Virus record (IMG/VR): IMGVR_UViG_3300027659_000015
Location: 1-64,000 of that record
From: a virus
DNA length: 64,000 nt
Reading direction: 5' to 3' (one strand)
In this document: positions 1 through 9,061 of the stretch, in pieces
Layout: each line of letters starts with the position of its first letter
How positions within the stretch are numbered: position 1 is the stretch's first letter
Notes under the pieces: model-generated
What the model was told of the DNA's origin: nothing
Seen by the model: the letters and a program-made list of their open reading frames with translations, nothing else
The model's database searches: none
Made by a program: the position numbers and the translations under genes

Positions 1-108
1 GATGATGATATTTGGCAGGCAATTAAAAATGCCAAGTCCTACAGGTTAGATTCAGGTACAGGACCTGATTACTGCACACCTCATGTGGTAAAGTTCTTTT
101 ATACCTAA
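1..108 (+). CDS. 3' end of a hypothetical protein truncated by the window start
   Basis: Frame 1 is open (DDDIWQAIKNAKSYRLDSGTGPDYCTPHVVKFFYT) to TAA at 106-108, just before a promoter. Confidence 0.5.
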   Translation, partial: DDDIWQAIKNAKSYRLDSGTGPDYCTPHVVKFFYT

Positions 109-116
109 AAAAGTGC

Positions 117-145
117 TTGCCAATATTATGGTATTCATTTATAAT
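117..145 (+). promoter_or_regulatory. sigma70-type early promoter
   Basis: TTGCCA(117-122)-N17-TATAAT(140-145); the same architecture recurs at 2239, 3837, 5658 and 14303. Confidence 0.8.
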
Positions 146-218
146 ATCGGTGTAGCTGATGAATTATCTATTTTTATCCGATACCAGATAATTATTCGGA
201 TTCAATAAAGGTTAATAA

Positions 219-320
219 ATGCTGAGTAAAATACTTGCTAAAGAAGAAAAAAGAAAAACCATCATACACTATGTGGTAATTGTGTTGTTGGTATTGTTGT
301 TATTGAATCATTTGTTATGA
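219..320 (+). CDS. small membrane peptide (33 aa, not in the ORF track)
   Basis: MLSKILAKEEKRKTIIHYVVIVLLVLLLLNHLL*; AAAGG SD upstream; ATGA overlap with the next ORF. Confidence 0.6.
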   Translation: MLSKILAKEEKRKTIIHYVVIVLLVLLLLNHLL

Positions 321-610
321 ACATAAAAATACCAAACACCAATCAGATACCACCGATTGATACATCGGCTATGAACAACCTTAGAAAAGTTAAGGCTGAA
401 CATTTGCACAGATTACACCAAGAAAAGGTAAATGAATTCTATAAGGTTAAGAAGCAAGACTTTGAAACTAATCGTTCTCATCTAAATGATTTTAATTATA
501 AGAAAGATATTGATGAGGTAAACAAATACCTAAATGTTAAAAGAAATGTGGAATATGGATTGTATCAATACTCCAAACATTTAGGTAAACATATTGATGT
601 GGTTGTATAA
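317..610 (+). CDS. hypothetical protein
   Basis: 97-aa ORF, translationally coupled on both sides. Confidence 0.7.
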   Translation: MNIKIPNTNQIPPIDTSAMNNLRKVKAEHLHRLHQEKVNEFYKVKKQDFETNRSHLNDFNYKKDIDEVNKYLNVKRNVEYGLYQYSKHLGKHIDVVV

Positions 611-1182
611 TGTTTATATTTGATGTTGAAACGCTAGGTAAAAGATCCAATTCGGTAATTCTATCGATGGCTGCCATTCATTTTGATCCTGACACTAAGC
701 CATCACCACAAGAATTGCGTGATGGTGCTTTCTTTGCCAAATTTAATGTAGTTGAGCAGATGAAAGAATATCGCCGTGAAGCGAATCAATCAACTATGGA
801 CTGGTGGAATAAACAATGCCGTAATGTCCGAGTTGCATCATTCTTACCAAACTTTATGGATTGTTCATTTATGGATGGTTACGAATCTATGCGTAATTGG
901 GTAGATTCAAAGAATGATACCAAGTGTTGGGTATGGGCTCGAGGTAATCTTGACCAATTGGTAATGGATGACATTGAAGAACAATTAGGATTAGAACCAA
1001 TATGGCCATATGCCAGATGGCGTGACGTAAGAACTGCTGTGGATTTTCTATACAATACAACCAGTGGTTATACTGATGTAGATTATCCAGGTTTTAATTC
1101 AAAGAATGATATCACTAAACATAATCCAATTGATGATTGTGTATTGGATGCAATGCAACTTATGTATGGAGTTAAACGATGA
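610..1182 (+). CDS. dexA: DEDDh 3'-5' exonuclease, T4 DexA-like
   Basis: FDVETLG (ExoI), WARGNLD, RDVRT and HNPIDDC (ExoIII) motifs. Confidence 0.85.
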   Translation: MFIFDVETLGKRSNSVILSMAAIHFDPDTKPSPQELRDGAFFAKFNVVEQMKEYRREANQSTMDWWNKQCRNVRVASFLPNFMDCSFMDGYESMRNWVDSKNDTKCWVWARGNLDQLVMDDIEEQLGLEPIWPYARWRDVRTAVDFLYNTTSGYTDVDYPGFNSKNDITKHNPIDDCVLDAMQLMYGVKR

Positions 1183-1409
1183 ATGAACGAATTAAAGAAC
1201 TTGCTGAACAGGCTGGCTTCGATGATAGAGGCAGTAATCATACTGCTTATATGAATTTTGACCACGAAAAGTTCGCCGAGTTGATTGTGTTGGAGTGTAT
1301 GCATGAATGCCTGCGTATGCAATTGGGTAATCAGTATACACCAGAAGAACTGTTGTTTCAAACTAAGTATCGTAAGATTATCAAAGAACATTTTGGAGTT
1401 GAGGAATAA
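1179..1409 (+). CDS. small hypothetical protein, MNERIKELA family copy 1
   Basis: MNERIKELA...EKFAELIVxEC...IKEHFG, shared with the ORFs at 1769 and 1973. Confidence 0.8.
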   Translation: MNERIKELAEQAGFDDRGSNHTAYMNFDHEKFAELIVLECMHECLRMQLGNQYTPEELLFQTKYRKIIKEHFGVEE

Positions 1410-1412
1410 ATA
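1407..1412 (+). promoter_or_regulatory. T4-like late (gp55-type) promoter
   Basis: aTAAATA immediately upstream of the 1452 ORF. Confidence 0.55.
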
Positions 1413-1451
1413 TAGAAGTGTTAACATAACATATAAACAAGGGAGAACGCT

Positions 1452-1772
1452 ATGAAAACATTTATAAACTATATCAAATCGGAAGGTGTGGAGGAGTCCT
1501 CATTAGATGAAGAATTCAATCCAGAAATTGCCAAGATGGCGCATGATGATGGTCATGTCAAGGGAGTAAGCCTTGCTGACGGTGCCACGCTGAAACGAGC
1601 AACAGCAATTAACCACTGGCACAACCAACACGGTGGTATGTATAAAAAACACTTTGCTAAAGGTTTCAAAGCAGGTCGAAAGAATAAAATCGACCACGCT
1701 AATAAACATTACAATCTCAATTTGAAGTTGCACAAAGACGGCAGCATTATACGCAGTGAAGAAGAGAAATGA
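1452..1772 (+). CDS. putative internal head protein with a capsid-targeting leader
   Basis: N-terminus MKTFINYIKSE..EE..LDEE resembles the T4 internal-protein capsid-targeting sequence; late promoter; basic, His-rich remainder. Confidence 0.55.
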   Translation: MKTFINYIKSEGVEESSLDEEFNPEIAKMAHDDGHVKGVSLADGATLKRATAINHWHNQHGGMYKKHFAKGFKAGRKNKIDHANKHYNLNLKLHKDGSIIRSEEEK

Positions 1773-1969
1773 ACGAACAAATTAAACAACTTTGGGAAGA
1801 GGCTGCTAAAACAACTCAAAGTGATTCTTGGGAAGAGCAGACAAAGTTTATGGAACGGTTCGCCGATTCAATTGTATGGGAATGTATGAAAATCTGTGAA
1901 GATGTTATGAAAAAAGATAATTCTGCGCTTGGCTGTTGGAGTGAAATCAAAAGAACATTTCGGAGTTGA
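1769..1969 (+). CDS. small hypothetical protein, MNERIKELA family copy 2
   Basis: MNEQIKQLW...ERFADSIVWEC...IKRTF. Confidence 0.75.
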   Translation: MNEQIKQLWEEAAKTTQSDSWEEQTKFMERFADSIVWECMKICEDVMKKDNSALGCWSEIKRTFRS

Positions 1970-1972
1970 AGA

Positions 1973-2230
1973 ATGAACGAGCGAATTAAAGAATTGGCTC
2001 TACAATGTGGTGCATGGCACCAAGTGTATGATAACAAACGATTTATGATTAATGGTAAATTTGATGTAGAAAAATTCACCGAGTTGGTTATCAAGGAATG
2101 TATTGAGGTTGTAAAACCTACGCAACACCATGAGGCATGGGCACCAAGTTATCTCGGTGGTGTGGATGGATTGGAACTGTTAGATGGTAAAATTAAAATT
2201 ATCAAAACACATTTCGGAATTGAGAACTAA
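1973..2230 (+). CDS. small hypothetical protein, MNERIKELA family copy 3
   Basis: MNERIKELA...EKFTELVIKEC...IKTHFG. Confidence 0.8.
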   Translation: MNERIKELALQCGAWHQVYDNKRFMINGKFDVEKFTELVIKECIEVVKPTQHHEAWAPSYLGGVDGLELLDGKIKIIKTHFGIEN

Positions 2231-2238
2231 AGTGATAC

Positions 2239-2267
2239 TTGCCAACCACTCTAGGATATGTTATAAT
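2239..2267 (+). promoter_or_regulatory. sigma70-type early promoter with extended -10
   Basis: TTGCCA-N17-TATAAT with TGn before the -10. Confidence 0.8.
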
Positions 2268-2294
2268 TGACATACAAATGAAAGGAATTTTGTT

Positions 2295-2675
2295 ATGATG
2301 CCAGCAGGCAAATACTATGTCGGTGACTTATGTTATGTAATGACCGATGAAGAATGGGACGAAGTGTGTGGTTTACTATTTGAAGGCAGAAGTGACCATG
2401 GATGTAATGAAGGTGAATTCACATTGAAAGATGGTCGCCGATTTGCTAGTTATCATACAGCATATGGTGATGGTCGATATGAATCAAATATGTGGACTGA
2501 CCATTCAGTTGATTCTGGTGGTATTGGTTGTATTAGATTAGAAGATATCCGTAGAGGTGATACCTTTGATGATATTAAAACCTTTGGTGCTGTTATGAAT
2601 TTCCCAGTTGATTTTGTAACAGGTAAAGAAGATGGTGTGATACAGTTTGACCGTGTGTTGATTGATACTAATTAA
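2295..2675 (+). CDS. hypothetical protein
   Basis: 126 aa with AAAGGA SD; GxYYVGDLCYV and VDSGGIGCI motifs. Confidence 0.8.
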   Translation: MMPAGKYYVGDLCYVMTDEEWDEVCGLLFEGRSDHGCNEGEFTLKDGRRFASYHTAYGDGRYESNMWTDHSVDSGGIGCIRLEDIRRGDTFDDIKTFGAVMNFPVDFVTGKEDGVIQFDRVLIDTN

Positions 2676-2684
2676 GGATATATT

Positions 2685-3818
2685 ATGAGTTTAAATAAAA
2701 ATCAAGTCGCTTTTGTTAAAGCAGCAGAGCGTTTGTATGGTGTAGGTTCAGTATTGACCCGTGATAACATTCAGCATGTTGCACGTGAAGAAGATATGTC
2801 CTTTCCATTTTGGTTTGTAACCAAATCTGAATATCGTTCAGGTCGTGGCCAATACCAATTACCTGATATTGGCACCAAGCCAGTAGTTAAACAAGATGAG
2901 CCTGAATTAGAAATGGCCTTATCTGCACAAGTCCTGTCCTTCAAACAACCAAAGTTGATTGATGATTCAGATGTTTCAATACCTACAAAATATCCTGATT
3001 ATGTACCATTTGGCTTTTTTAAAGACCTTAGCAATATTATTAAGTCTACTCAATTTTATCCTGTTTTTATCACAGGTCTATCTGGTAACGGGAAAACCCT
3101 CATGGTTGAGCAAGTGTGTGCTGAGCTTAAGCGGGAATGTATCCGTGTCAATGTGTCTATCGAAACGGACGAAAGTGATTTACTTGGCGGTCCTACTCTT
3201 GTCAATGGTAATGTGGTTAACCGTGATGGTCCTGTTATTACTGCAATGAAGCGTGGTGCCGTTCTATTGATTGACGAAGTTGACCGTGGTTCAAACAAAC
3301 TAATGTGTTTACAAGGTATCTTAGAAGGCAAACCATATTTCAATAAGAAGAATGGCGAGTTGGTTCATCCAAAGAATGGCTTCAATGTGGTTGCAACTGC
3401 AAACACTAAAGGCAAAGGTTCAGAAGAAGGTCGTTATCTATCACAAATCCTTGATGATGCTTTCTTAGAAAGATTCCCAATTACTGTTGAACAGGAATAT
3501 CCTGATGCCAAGACAGAGAAAAAGATTCTTACACCATTGATTGCCGATGCTGAGTTTGTTGAGAATTTATGCCAATGGGCTGATGTGGTTCGTAAATCAT
3601 TCGAGCAAGGTGCTGTTGATGAGATTATCTCTACACGCCGTTTGGTACACATTGCACAGGCATTCAAACTGTTTGGTGATAAGATGAAGGCGATTGAGCT
3701 TTGTGTGTCTCGCTTTGATACTGAGACCAAGACAGCATTCTTGGATTTGTATTCTAAAGTGGATGGTAAAGTGGAAGCACCACAACAAGCACCAGCAACA
3801 ACGGATGACCCGTTCTAA
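2685..3818 (+). CDS. cobS: MoxR/CobS-like AAA+ ATPase (CbbQ/NirQ/NorQ-type C-terminus)
   Basis: Walker A GLSGNGKT, Walker B LLIDEVD, ATANTKGKG, AFLERF and ISTRRL. Confidence 0.9.
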   Translation: MSLNKNQVAFVKAAERLYGVGSVLTRDNIQHVAREEDMSFPFWFVTKSEYRSGRGQYQLPDIGTKPVVKQDEPELEMALSAQVLSFKQPKLIDDSDVSIPTKYPDYVPFGFFKDLSNIIKSTQFYPVFITGLSGNGKTLMVEQVCAELKRECIRVNVSIETDESDLLGGPTLVNGNVVNRDGPVITAMKRGAVLLIDEVDRGSNKLMCLQGILEGKPYFNKKNGELVHPKNGFNVVATANTKGKGSEEGRYLSQILDDAFLERFPITVEQEYPDAKTEKKILTPLIADAEFVENLCQWADVVRKSFEQGAVDEIISTRRLVHIAQAFKLFGDKMKAIELCVSRFDTETKTAFLDLYSKVDGKVEAPQQAPATTDDPF

Positions 3819-3836
3819 AATCCTACACAGGTATGG

Positions 3837-3865
3837 TTGCCAACATGCCATATTTGTGTTATAAT
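3837..3865 (+). promoter_or_regulatory. sigma70-type early promoter with extended -10
   Basis: TTGCCA-N17-TATAAT with TGn. Confidence 0.8.
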
Positions 3866-3908
3866 CCATATGTTGGTATCTTATTATTAAATTTTGAAAG
3901 GACATTAT

Positions 3909-4235
3909 ATGTCAAACACAGTTCGTAAAGGCAAACCAAATCGCCATGAGAAAATCACAGTAACCTTGCTTTCAGGCAAACCAGTATCTCCAGATGAAAT
4001 CAAATCTGTATTTGCTGGCACAGACCAAGAATCGGTTCTGTATCGCCTCTCAACAAACATTTACAATATCCGTAAAGACGGTGGTATTGTGAAAGTTCTC
4101 AAAGAAGGTCGTAAGGTCAAAGCATATCAATTGGTTAACCACACCGAGTTTGATGCTAACGGCCGTTATGTTGGCAAGCAAACTGTTTCTACCAATGAAA
4201 CAACTGTTGCTCCTACAGAAACAGTAACGGCATAA
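3909..4235 (+). CDS. hypothetical basic protein, possibly winged-helix DNA-binding
   Basis: ATG at 3909 after AAAGGA SD; YRLSTNIYNIRKDGG helix followed by a beta-hairpin. Confidence 0.7.
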   Translation: MSNTVRKGKPNRHEKITVTLLSGKPVSPDEIKSVFAGTDQESVLYRLSTNIYNIRKDGGIVKVLKEGRKVKAYQLVNHTEFDANGRYVGKQTVSTNETTVAPTETVTA

Positions 4236-4236
4236 T

Positions 4237-4437
4237 ATGGAAAAGATTGCACCAATTGTAGGTTTACTCGGCATTGTTATTCTACTTAGCTTCTTGTTAA
4301 GTTGGCCAGTAATGATTCTTTGGAATAGTTGCTTAGTTGGTGCTGTTACAGGCATTAATCAAATTGAATGGATGCAGGCATGGGGTATTAACCTATTGAC
4401 TGGTTTTTTATTCAAGAATAATGTAAGTACCAAATGA
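4237..4437 (+). CDS. small membrane protein
   Basis: Two hydrophobic segments; WN...I.W.QAWG pattern. Confidence 0.75.
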   Translation: MEKIAPIVGLLGIVILLSFLLSWPVMILWNSCLVGAVTGINQIEWMQAWGINLLTGFLFKNNVSTK

Positions 4438-4655
4438 ATGATTTTGACCGTGACAACCTTGAATTCTTCCTACATGGAGATGAGAAAGAATTTGAGGAAT
4501 GGATGGAACAGGCATCATCTGAAGATTTAGATTATGCACTTAAATTGATTCGTATTGCAAAAGCAGAAGTGCTTCAGCAACACTATGATTTTATTGATAC
4601 TGTTCCATTTCTGGATGATGCCAAAAAACTTTTGAAACAATTTACTAAGAGATGA
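4434..4655 (+). CDS. hypothetical acidic protein
   Basis: Coupled ORF with ATGA overlaps. Confidence 0.75.
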   Translation: MNDFDRDNLEFFLHGDEKEFEEWMEQASSEDLDYALKLIRIAKAEVLQQHYDFIDTVPFLDDAKKLLKQFTKR

Positions 4656-4888
4656 TTATGAGAGTAGTATATTTAATTTTACCATTGGTTGTATTGACTG
4701 CCTGTGGTTCTAATAACCTTAAAGGTTATGATGGTCCTAAAGCCATGGAACGCCAAGAAGTTGTGCATGCAGCTCGTGAGTGTATAAATGGCAAAATGAA
4801 ACCAGAAGTTGAATATCTATCACAGAAAACATCTTTTGGTTTGGTTTCAATACCAATCAATGTTCATTGCAATCCATATGTGAGGTAA
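4652..4888 (+). CDS. putative lipoprotein
   Basis: Signal peptide with lipobox VLTA-C-GS. Confidence 0.7.
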   Translation: MIMRVVYLILPLVVLTACGSNNLKGYDGPKAMERQEVVHAARECINGKMKPEVEYLSQKTSFGLVSIPINVHCNPYVR

Positions 4889-4890
4889 TT

Positions 4891-5265
4891 ATGAGTCCAG
4901 CTATGTCCGCTTTAGATAGTATTGGTGTAACACACACAATGCTTTTACTTGGTGTTTTGTTTGTTATTGTTGCAGTCATTCTCGGTATGTATTGGCATAT
5001 TATTGTGCCAGGTGCTGTTATGATTACAGTAGCAATGTTATTCATTCCACCAATTACAACAGCATCAAATCAACCAGTTAAGACTGAAGTTGTTGATGAA
5101 GATAAATTGGCATTCATGGAAGATTGTAAACTCGTAGCAGAGTATACCGATTCTGAATGCACAAAATTATGGATTGAACGCCAAATAGCTGAAAAGGAAT
5201 TGGCTGACGAACCTAAGTTTACGGATGTAAGTTATAAACAAGTCCGTCATGTTAAATATCACTAA
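4891..5265 (+). CDS. membrane protein
   Basis: ATG at 4891 after GAGGT SD; two TM helices and a Cys-pair soluble domain. Confidence 0.7.
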   Translation: MSPAMSALDSIGVTHTMLLLGVLFVIVAVILGMYWHIIVPGAVMITVAMLFIPPITTASNQPVKTEVVDEDKLAFMEDCKLVAEYTDSECTKLWIERQIAEKELADEPKFTDVSYKQVRHVKYH

Positions 5266-5284
5266 TAAGTTATAAAGGTAAATT

Positions 5285-5632
5285 ATGATGTTAAAGTTAT
5301 ATCGTGGGTTGGTTGATATCTTTATCAAGCAATCATTAGTTCAGGAACAAGAATTTGTGAAGCACGTGCGTAGTGATACGCCTGCTGTTGCTGAAGAAGG
5401 CACAATTGGCACTAGAGGATTCTGGAATCTAATGCTTGAGATTGTATTTGTATTGTTTACTAAAACTGTATTCTTGTTTGGTTTGATTACTGTTGGACTA
5501 TTGGCAATCATTTCATTTCCTTTGTATGGAATATGGCAAGGTGTTATGATGATGATTAACCATCGTGCATCATTTGAACCTGTTATGTTGGAAGAACCAG
5601 CCAAACAAGAACCTAAATTAGATAAAAAGTAA
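5285..5632 (+). CDS. membrane protein
   Basis: Long central hydrophobic stretch. Confidence 0.7.
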   Translation: MMLKLYRGLVDIFIKQSLVQEQEFVKHVRSDTPAVAEEGTIGTRGFWNLMLEIVFVLFTKTVFLFGLITVGLLAIISFPLYGIWQGVMMMINHRASFEPVMLEEPAKQEPKLDKK

Positions 5633-5657
5633 TCGTTGTATAAAAACAACAAACCAC

Positions 5658-5686
5658 TTGCCATATATACCCGTTTGTGATATAAT
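5658..5686 (+). promoter_or_regulatory. sigma70-type early promoter, probably giving a leaderless mRNA
   Basis: TTGCCA-N17-TATAAT with TGn; the ATG at 5693 is only 6 nt after the -10. Confidence 0.75.
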
Positions 5687-5692
5687 ACTACT

Positions 5693-6577
5693 ATGAAAAT
5701 CGCTCTCTGCTCTGACCTACACCTTGAATTTGGCCCCATCTCTCTACAAAATACAGAGAATGCCGAAGTGTTAATCCTGTCCGGTGATATTCTTGTTGCT
5801 GTCGATTTGAATGAACTTGGTGATGCTAATGGTATTATGGTGAACGGTCGTAATAAGTCTGAAATGTATCATAAATTCTTTCAAGAATGTTCTGAGCGTT
5901 TCCCTAATGTTATCTACATTATGGGTAACCATGAATACTATCATGGTGACTTTGCTACAGCTTTAGATATCATCCGTGAACGCCTGAGTTATCTGGAAAA
6001 TGTTTTTATCATGGAACGCCAGACCATGGTCATTGAAGATGTTACCTTTATTGCAGGTACATTGTGGACCGATATGAATAAGGAAGACCCACAAACATTG
6101 TTTGGTATCAAAGGTTACATGAATGATTATCGTATCATCAAAGATAGCCGTACCAATACAGAAACAGAAATCTGGATGTTTAATGAAAACAATGAACCAT
6201 ATACAGGTAAACAAAAATTGCCAAGTAAGTGGTCACCAGAAGCATCGGTTGTTGAACACAAACTAATGTTGGATACAATCAAGGCAACTGTTGAGTCTAA
6301 TGCCAGCAATAAATATGTTGTCATTGGTCATCATGCTCCGAGTAAACTAAGTACCAAACCAAAATATCAAAAAGATGTTATGGTAAACGGTGCTTACAGT
6401 TCTGAGTTGTCGGAATTTATTCTGGATCATCCACAGATTAAAGTATGGACACACGGACACACACATGAAGTGTTTGATTACATGATTGGTGGTACTCGTA
6501 TTCTATGTAATCCAAGAGGTTATGATGCGTATGAAGACCGTGCGGATCAATTTGAGTTATGTTTTTTTGAGGTGTAA
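5693..6577 (+). CDS. calcineurin-like metallophosphoesterase
   Basis: SDLH, GD, GNHE, HHAP and HGHTH motifs. Confidence 0.9.
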   Translation: MKIALCSDLHLEFGPISLQNTENAEVLILSGDILVAVDLNELGDANGIMVNGRNKSEMYHKFFQECSERFPNVIYIMGNHEYYHGDFATALDIIRERLSYLENVFIMERQTMVIEDVTFIAGTLWTDMNKEDPQTLFGIKGYMNDYRIIKDSRTNTETEIWMFNENNEPYTGKQKLPSKWSPEASVVEHKLMLDTIKATVESNASNKYVVIGHHAPSKLSTKPKYQKDVMVNGAYSSELSEFILDHPQIKVWTHGHTHEVFDYMIGGTRILCNPRGYDAYEDRADQFELCFFEV

Positions 6578-6578
6578 T

Positions 6579-6887
6579 ATGGAAAAGAAATTATTTGTTG
6601 TTGATGTTGTCTCTTCATTTCGCATGCGTTATGTTGTAGAAGCTAAAGAAGAATCTCATGCACTTGATGAGGTTGTATGCCGTGAAAGTGAAACTGAATT
6701 CAAAGAGTTTTCACAGGAACACCTTGGCACACACATCTTTGATTCCCGTGAGATTTCATTAGAACAATACCATGAGTTGTTTTTGAGAGATAATGATTAT
6801 CTTTCAAAGTGGTCGAAAGAACAACAACGAGTTTATATTAACAAAATAGAATATACTAAAGATGAAGAAAATTCTAATAACGGGTAG
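6579..6887 (+). CDS. hypothetical protein
   Basis: ATG at 6579 (MEKKLFVVDV) after GAGGTG SD. Confidence 0.75.
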   Translation: MEKKLFVVDVVSSFRMRYVVEAKEESHALDEVVCRESETEFKEFSQEHLGTHIFDSREISLEQYHELFLRDNDYLSKWSKEQQRVYINKIEYTKDEENSNNG

Positions 6888-7701
6888 TTCTGGTTACATT
6901 GGTCGCCATCTGGCGGCCTTGTTGGCTGTATATGAAGATGACTACCATTTAACTGGTGTTGATAAAATGTGGCGCAAACAATTGTGCCATGAATTCATTG
7001 GCCAAAACATTTTAGAAAACTCTGAAATTAATGGTGAATACGATACAGTCATTCATTTGGCTGGATTGGTCAATGTTGGTATGTCAATGCAGGCACCAAT
7101 GGAATATTACCGTAACAATGTTATTGGTACTTTGAATATGTTGGAGAGAGTTGACTATAAACATTTCATCTTTGCTTCTACTGGTGCTGCCACAGATCCT
7201 GCCAGTCCATATGGTATGTCAAAATTTGTATCTGAACAATTAGTTCGCCAGTATTGTAAATTGAATAACAAGAAATGCACAATATTCCGATTCTATAATG
7301 TGATTGGTACTAATGGTTATGAACCAACCAATGTGGATGGTCTAATGTATAATCTAATGAAAGCCAAAGAGACTGGTTTATTTCATCTGTATGGTATTGA
7401 TTATGATATGTTGCCTGATGGTTCTGCTATCAGAGATTATCTCCATGTTACTGAAGTATGTCTAGCAATTAAGTTTGCTGTTGATACACCAACATCTAAT
7501 TCTTTGATTGAAAACCTAGGACATGGTAAGGGACATTCTGTATTAGAAATGGTGAATGCATTTAAGAAAGCAAACAACTGTGATTTTGGTGTAAAGATTA
7601 TGCAACGCCGTGAAGGTGACGTTGCAAAAACTGTATTAGATGATGTTTCAACATATATGCCATTGGCCAATATTACAATAGAAGAAATGTTAAAGGTTTA
7701 A
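6862..7701 (+). CDS. galE: NAD-dependent epimerase/dehydratase, UDP-glucose 4-epimerase-like (extended SDR)
   Basis: TGSSGYIG, HLAG, YGMSK (YxxxK), FRFYNV, DGSAIRDYLHV and RREGD. Confidence 0.85.
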   Translation: MKKILITGSSGYIGRHLAALLAVYEDDYHLTGVDKMWRKQLCHEFIGQNILENSEINGEYDTVIHLAGLVNVGMSMQAPMEYYRNNVIGTLNMLERVDYKHFIFASTGAATDPASPYGMSKFVSEQLVRQYCKLNNKKCTIFRFYNVIGTNGYEPTNVDGLMYNLMKAKETGLFHLYGIDYDMLPDGSAIRDYLHVTEVCLAIKFAVDTPTSNSLIENLGHGKGHSVLEMVNAFKKANNCDFGVKIMQRREGDVAKTVLDDVSTYMPLANITIEEMLKV

Positions 7702-7703
7702 AA

Positions 7704-8348
7704 ATGAAAGTTTATAAGTCGAATTACCGCCATCATTGGATTTCTCCGTATATTATACTGGAGAAAGTATTCTTTTGGCGTGAGATTGATTATGATGAAC
7801 CTATCATTGAAAAATGGGCAGACCGTTTGTTGCCTTTCAGTAAGGCATATCAGGCTGTCATGGATTTCATTTATCCAAAAATTGATTATGTAAAGATTGA
7901 CCGTTATGATACTTGGTCAATGGATCACACATTGGCTGATATCATTCTTCCTATGTTGAAACAGCTGAATGCTGAGAAACACGGTGCACCTCATGTTGAT
8001 GATGAAGATGTTCCAATGGAATTACAATCTTGGACTTCACCAGCTAAAGATGAATATGATGTGGATGGCCAGCACTTTGCTCGTTGGGAATGGGTTATGA
8101 ATGAAATGATTTTTGCTTTTGAATCCAAAGTTAATGATGGATGGCAAGAAAAGTTTTATTCAGGTGTTTCTAATATGAAAAGTGTACCATGTGAATGGGA
8201 TGCAGAAGGCAAACCAACTTTGTATACATTTGAAGAAGGACCTAACCACACATACAAATGTGATTATGATGGCATAGCAGAGGTACAAAAACGAATCACA
8301 AATGGATTCCGTTTGTTTGGTAAATACTTTGAGGCATTGTGGGATTGA
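7704..8348 (+). CDS. conserved hypothetical phage protein
   Basis: 214 aa; DTWSMDHTLA..I.PML and GFRLFGKYFEALWD motifs. Confidence 0.8.
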   Translation: MKVYKSNYRHHWISPYIILEKVFFWREIDYDEPIIEKWADRLLPFSKAYQAVMDFIYPKIDYVKIDRYDTWSMDHTLADIILPMLKQLNAEKHGAPHVDDEDVPMELQSWTSPAKDEYDVDGQHFARWEWVMNEMIFAFESKVNDGWQEKFYSGVSNMKSVPCEWDAEGKPTLYTFEEGPNHTYKCDYDGIAEVQKRITNGFRLFGKYFEALWD

Positions 8349-8349
8349 T

Positions 8350-8565
8350 ATGACAGACAATAAAATTGAAGATATAGCATTTGAAGTAGATACTTTTATT
8401 TTGATGATGATTAACAAATACGGATTGGATCCATTAACATTGAGTTCAGTTATGACGGCTAGATTGGTATTGGCCAATGATGTTACAGGTTCTGGTGATG
8501 ACTTTAGAAAATTGCTGGAAAAAATACCAGCATTTAAACCAAAGGCTATTGAAGCGGTACATTAA
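8350..8565 (+). CDS. hypothetical protein
   Basis: ATG at 8350 (MTDNKIED), directly after the upstream stop. Confidence 0.7.
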   Translation: MTDNKIEDIAFEVDTFILMMINKYGLDPLTLSSVMTARLVLANDVTGSGDDFRKLLEKIPAFKPKAIEAVH

Positions 8566-8804
8566 TGATTAGTATTATACATTACATTTCAGCAAGCAGA
8601 CGATTGGAAGAATCTAAGAAAACTGTTATGATGCTAGGTGGTGAACGTGAGGCACCAGAGATGGTGAGAGCACAGCGTGATATGATTGCACTAGAAAAAG
8701 AATACTATGGTGAAAGAGTTACTGCTATGTTATTCTATTCTGGCATGGCAGCATTCATTAGTTTCGTGGCTTATATTTTTTATGATGTTGTAACAAGAGG
8801 TTAA
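8565..8804 (+). CDS. small membrane protein with a C-terminal TM helix
   Basis: Coupled ORF; hydrophobic C-terminus. Confidence 0.7.
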   Translation: MISIIHYISASRRLEESKKTVMMLGGEREAPEMVRAQRDMIALEKEYYGERVTAMLFYSGMAAFISFVAYIFYDVVTRG

Positions 8805-8806
8805 TT

Positions 8807-9052
8807 ATGTGGAAAAATATTATTAATATATTTGAGGGATTTCCTTGGTGGATGATACCTATAATAGTGGTGATTGTCGTTGTTGTATTATTTTTTCCAA
8901 TGCCACCAAAAGTAAATCCGGTACTAAAAGATTTTAAAGATGGTATCCAAAATCACCTGACCTGGTCAATCAAAGGTGAATGTTTTTTTGTACGACCTAA
9001 CGATGATGTAACCGTATATCTTGTACGGGTGCCTGATTGTGATAAAAAATAA
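8807..9052 (+). CDS. small membrane-anchored protein
   Basis: N-terminal TM helix and a C-terminal Cys pair. Confidence 0.7.
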   Translation: MWKNIINIFEGFPWWMIPIIVVIVVVVLFFPMPPKVNPVLKDFKDGIQNHLTWSIKGECFFVRPNDDVTVYLVRVPDCDKK

Positions 9053-9061
9053 GGAGTTAGT

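Noticed and set aside
156-200. Hammerhead ribozyme (CTGATGA followed by a stem)
   Set aside because: The GAAA core required after stem II is absent.
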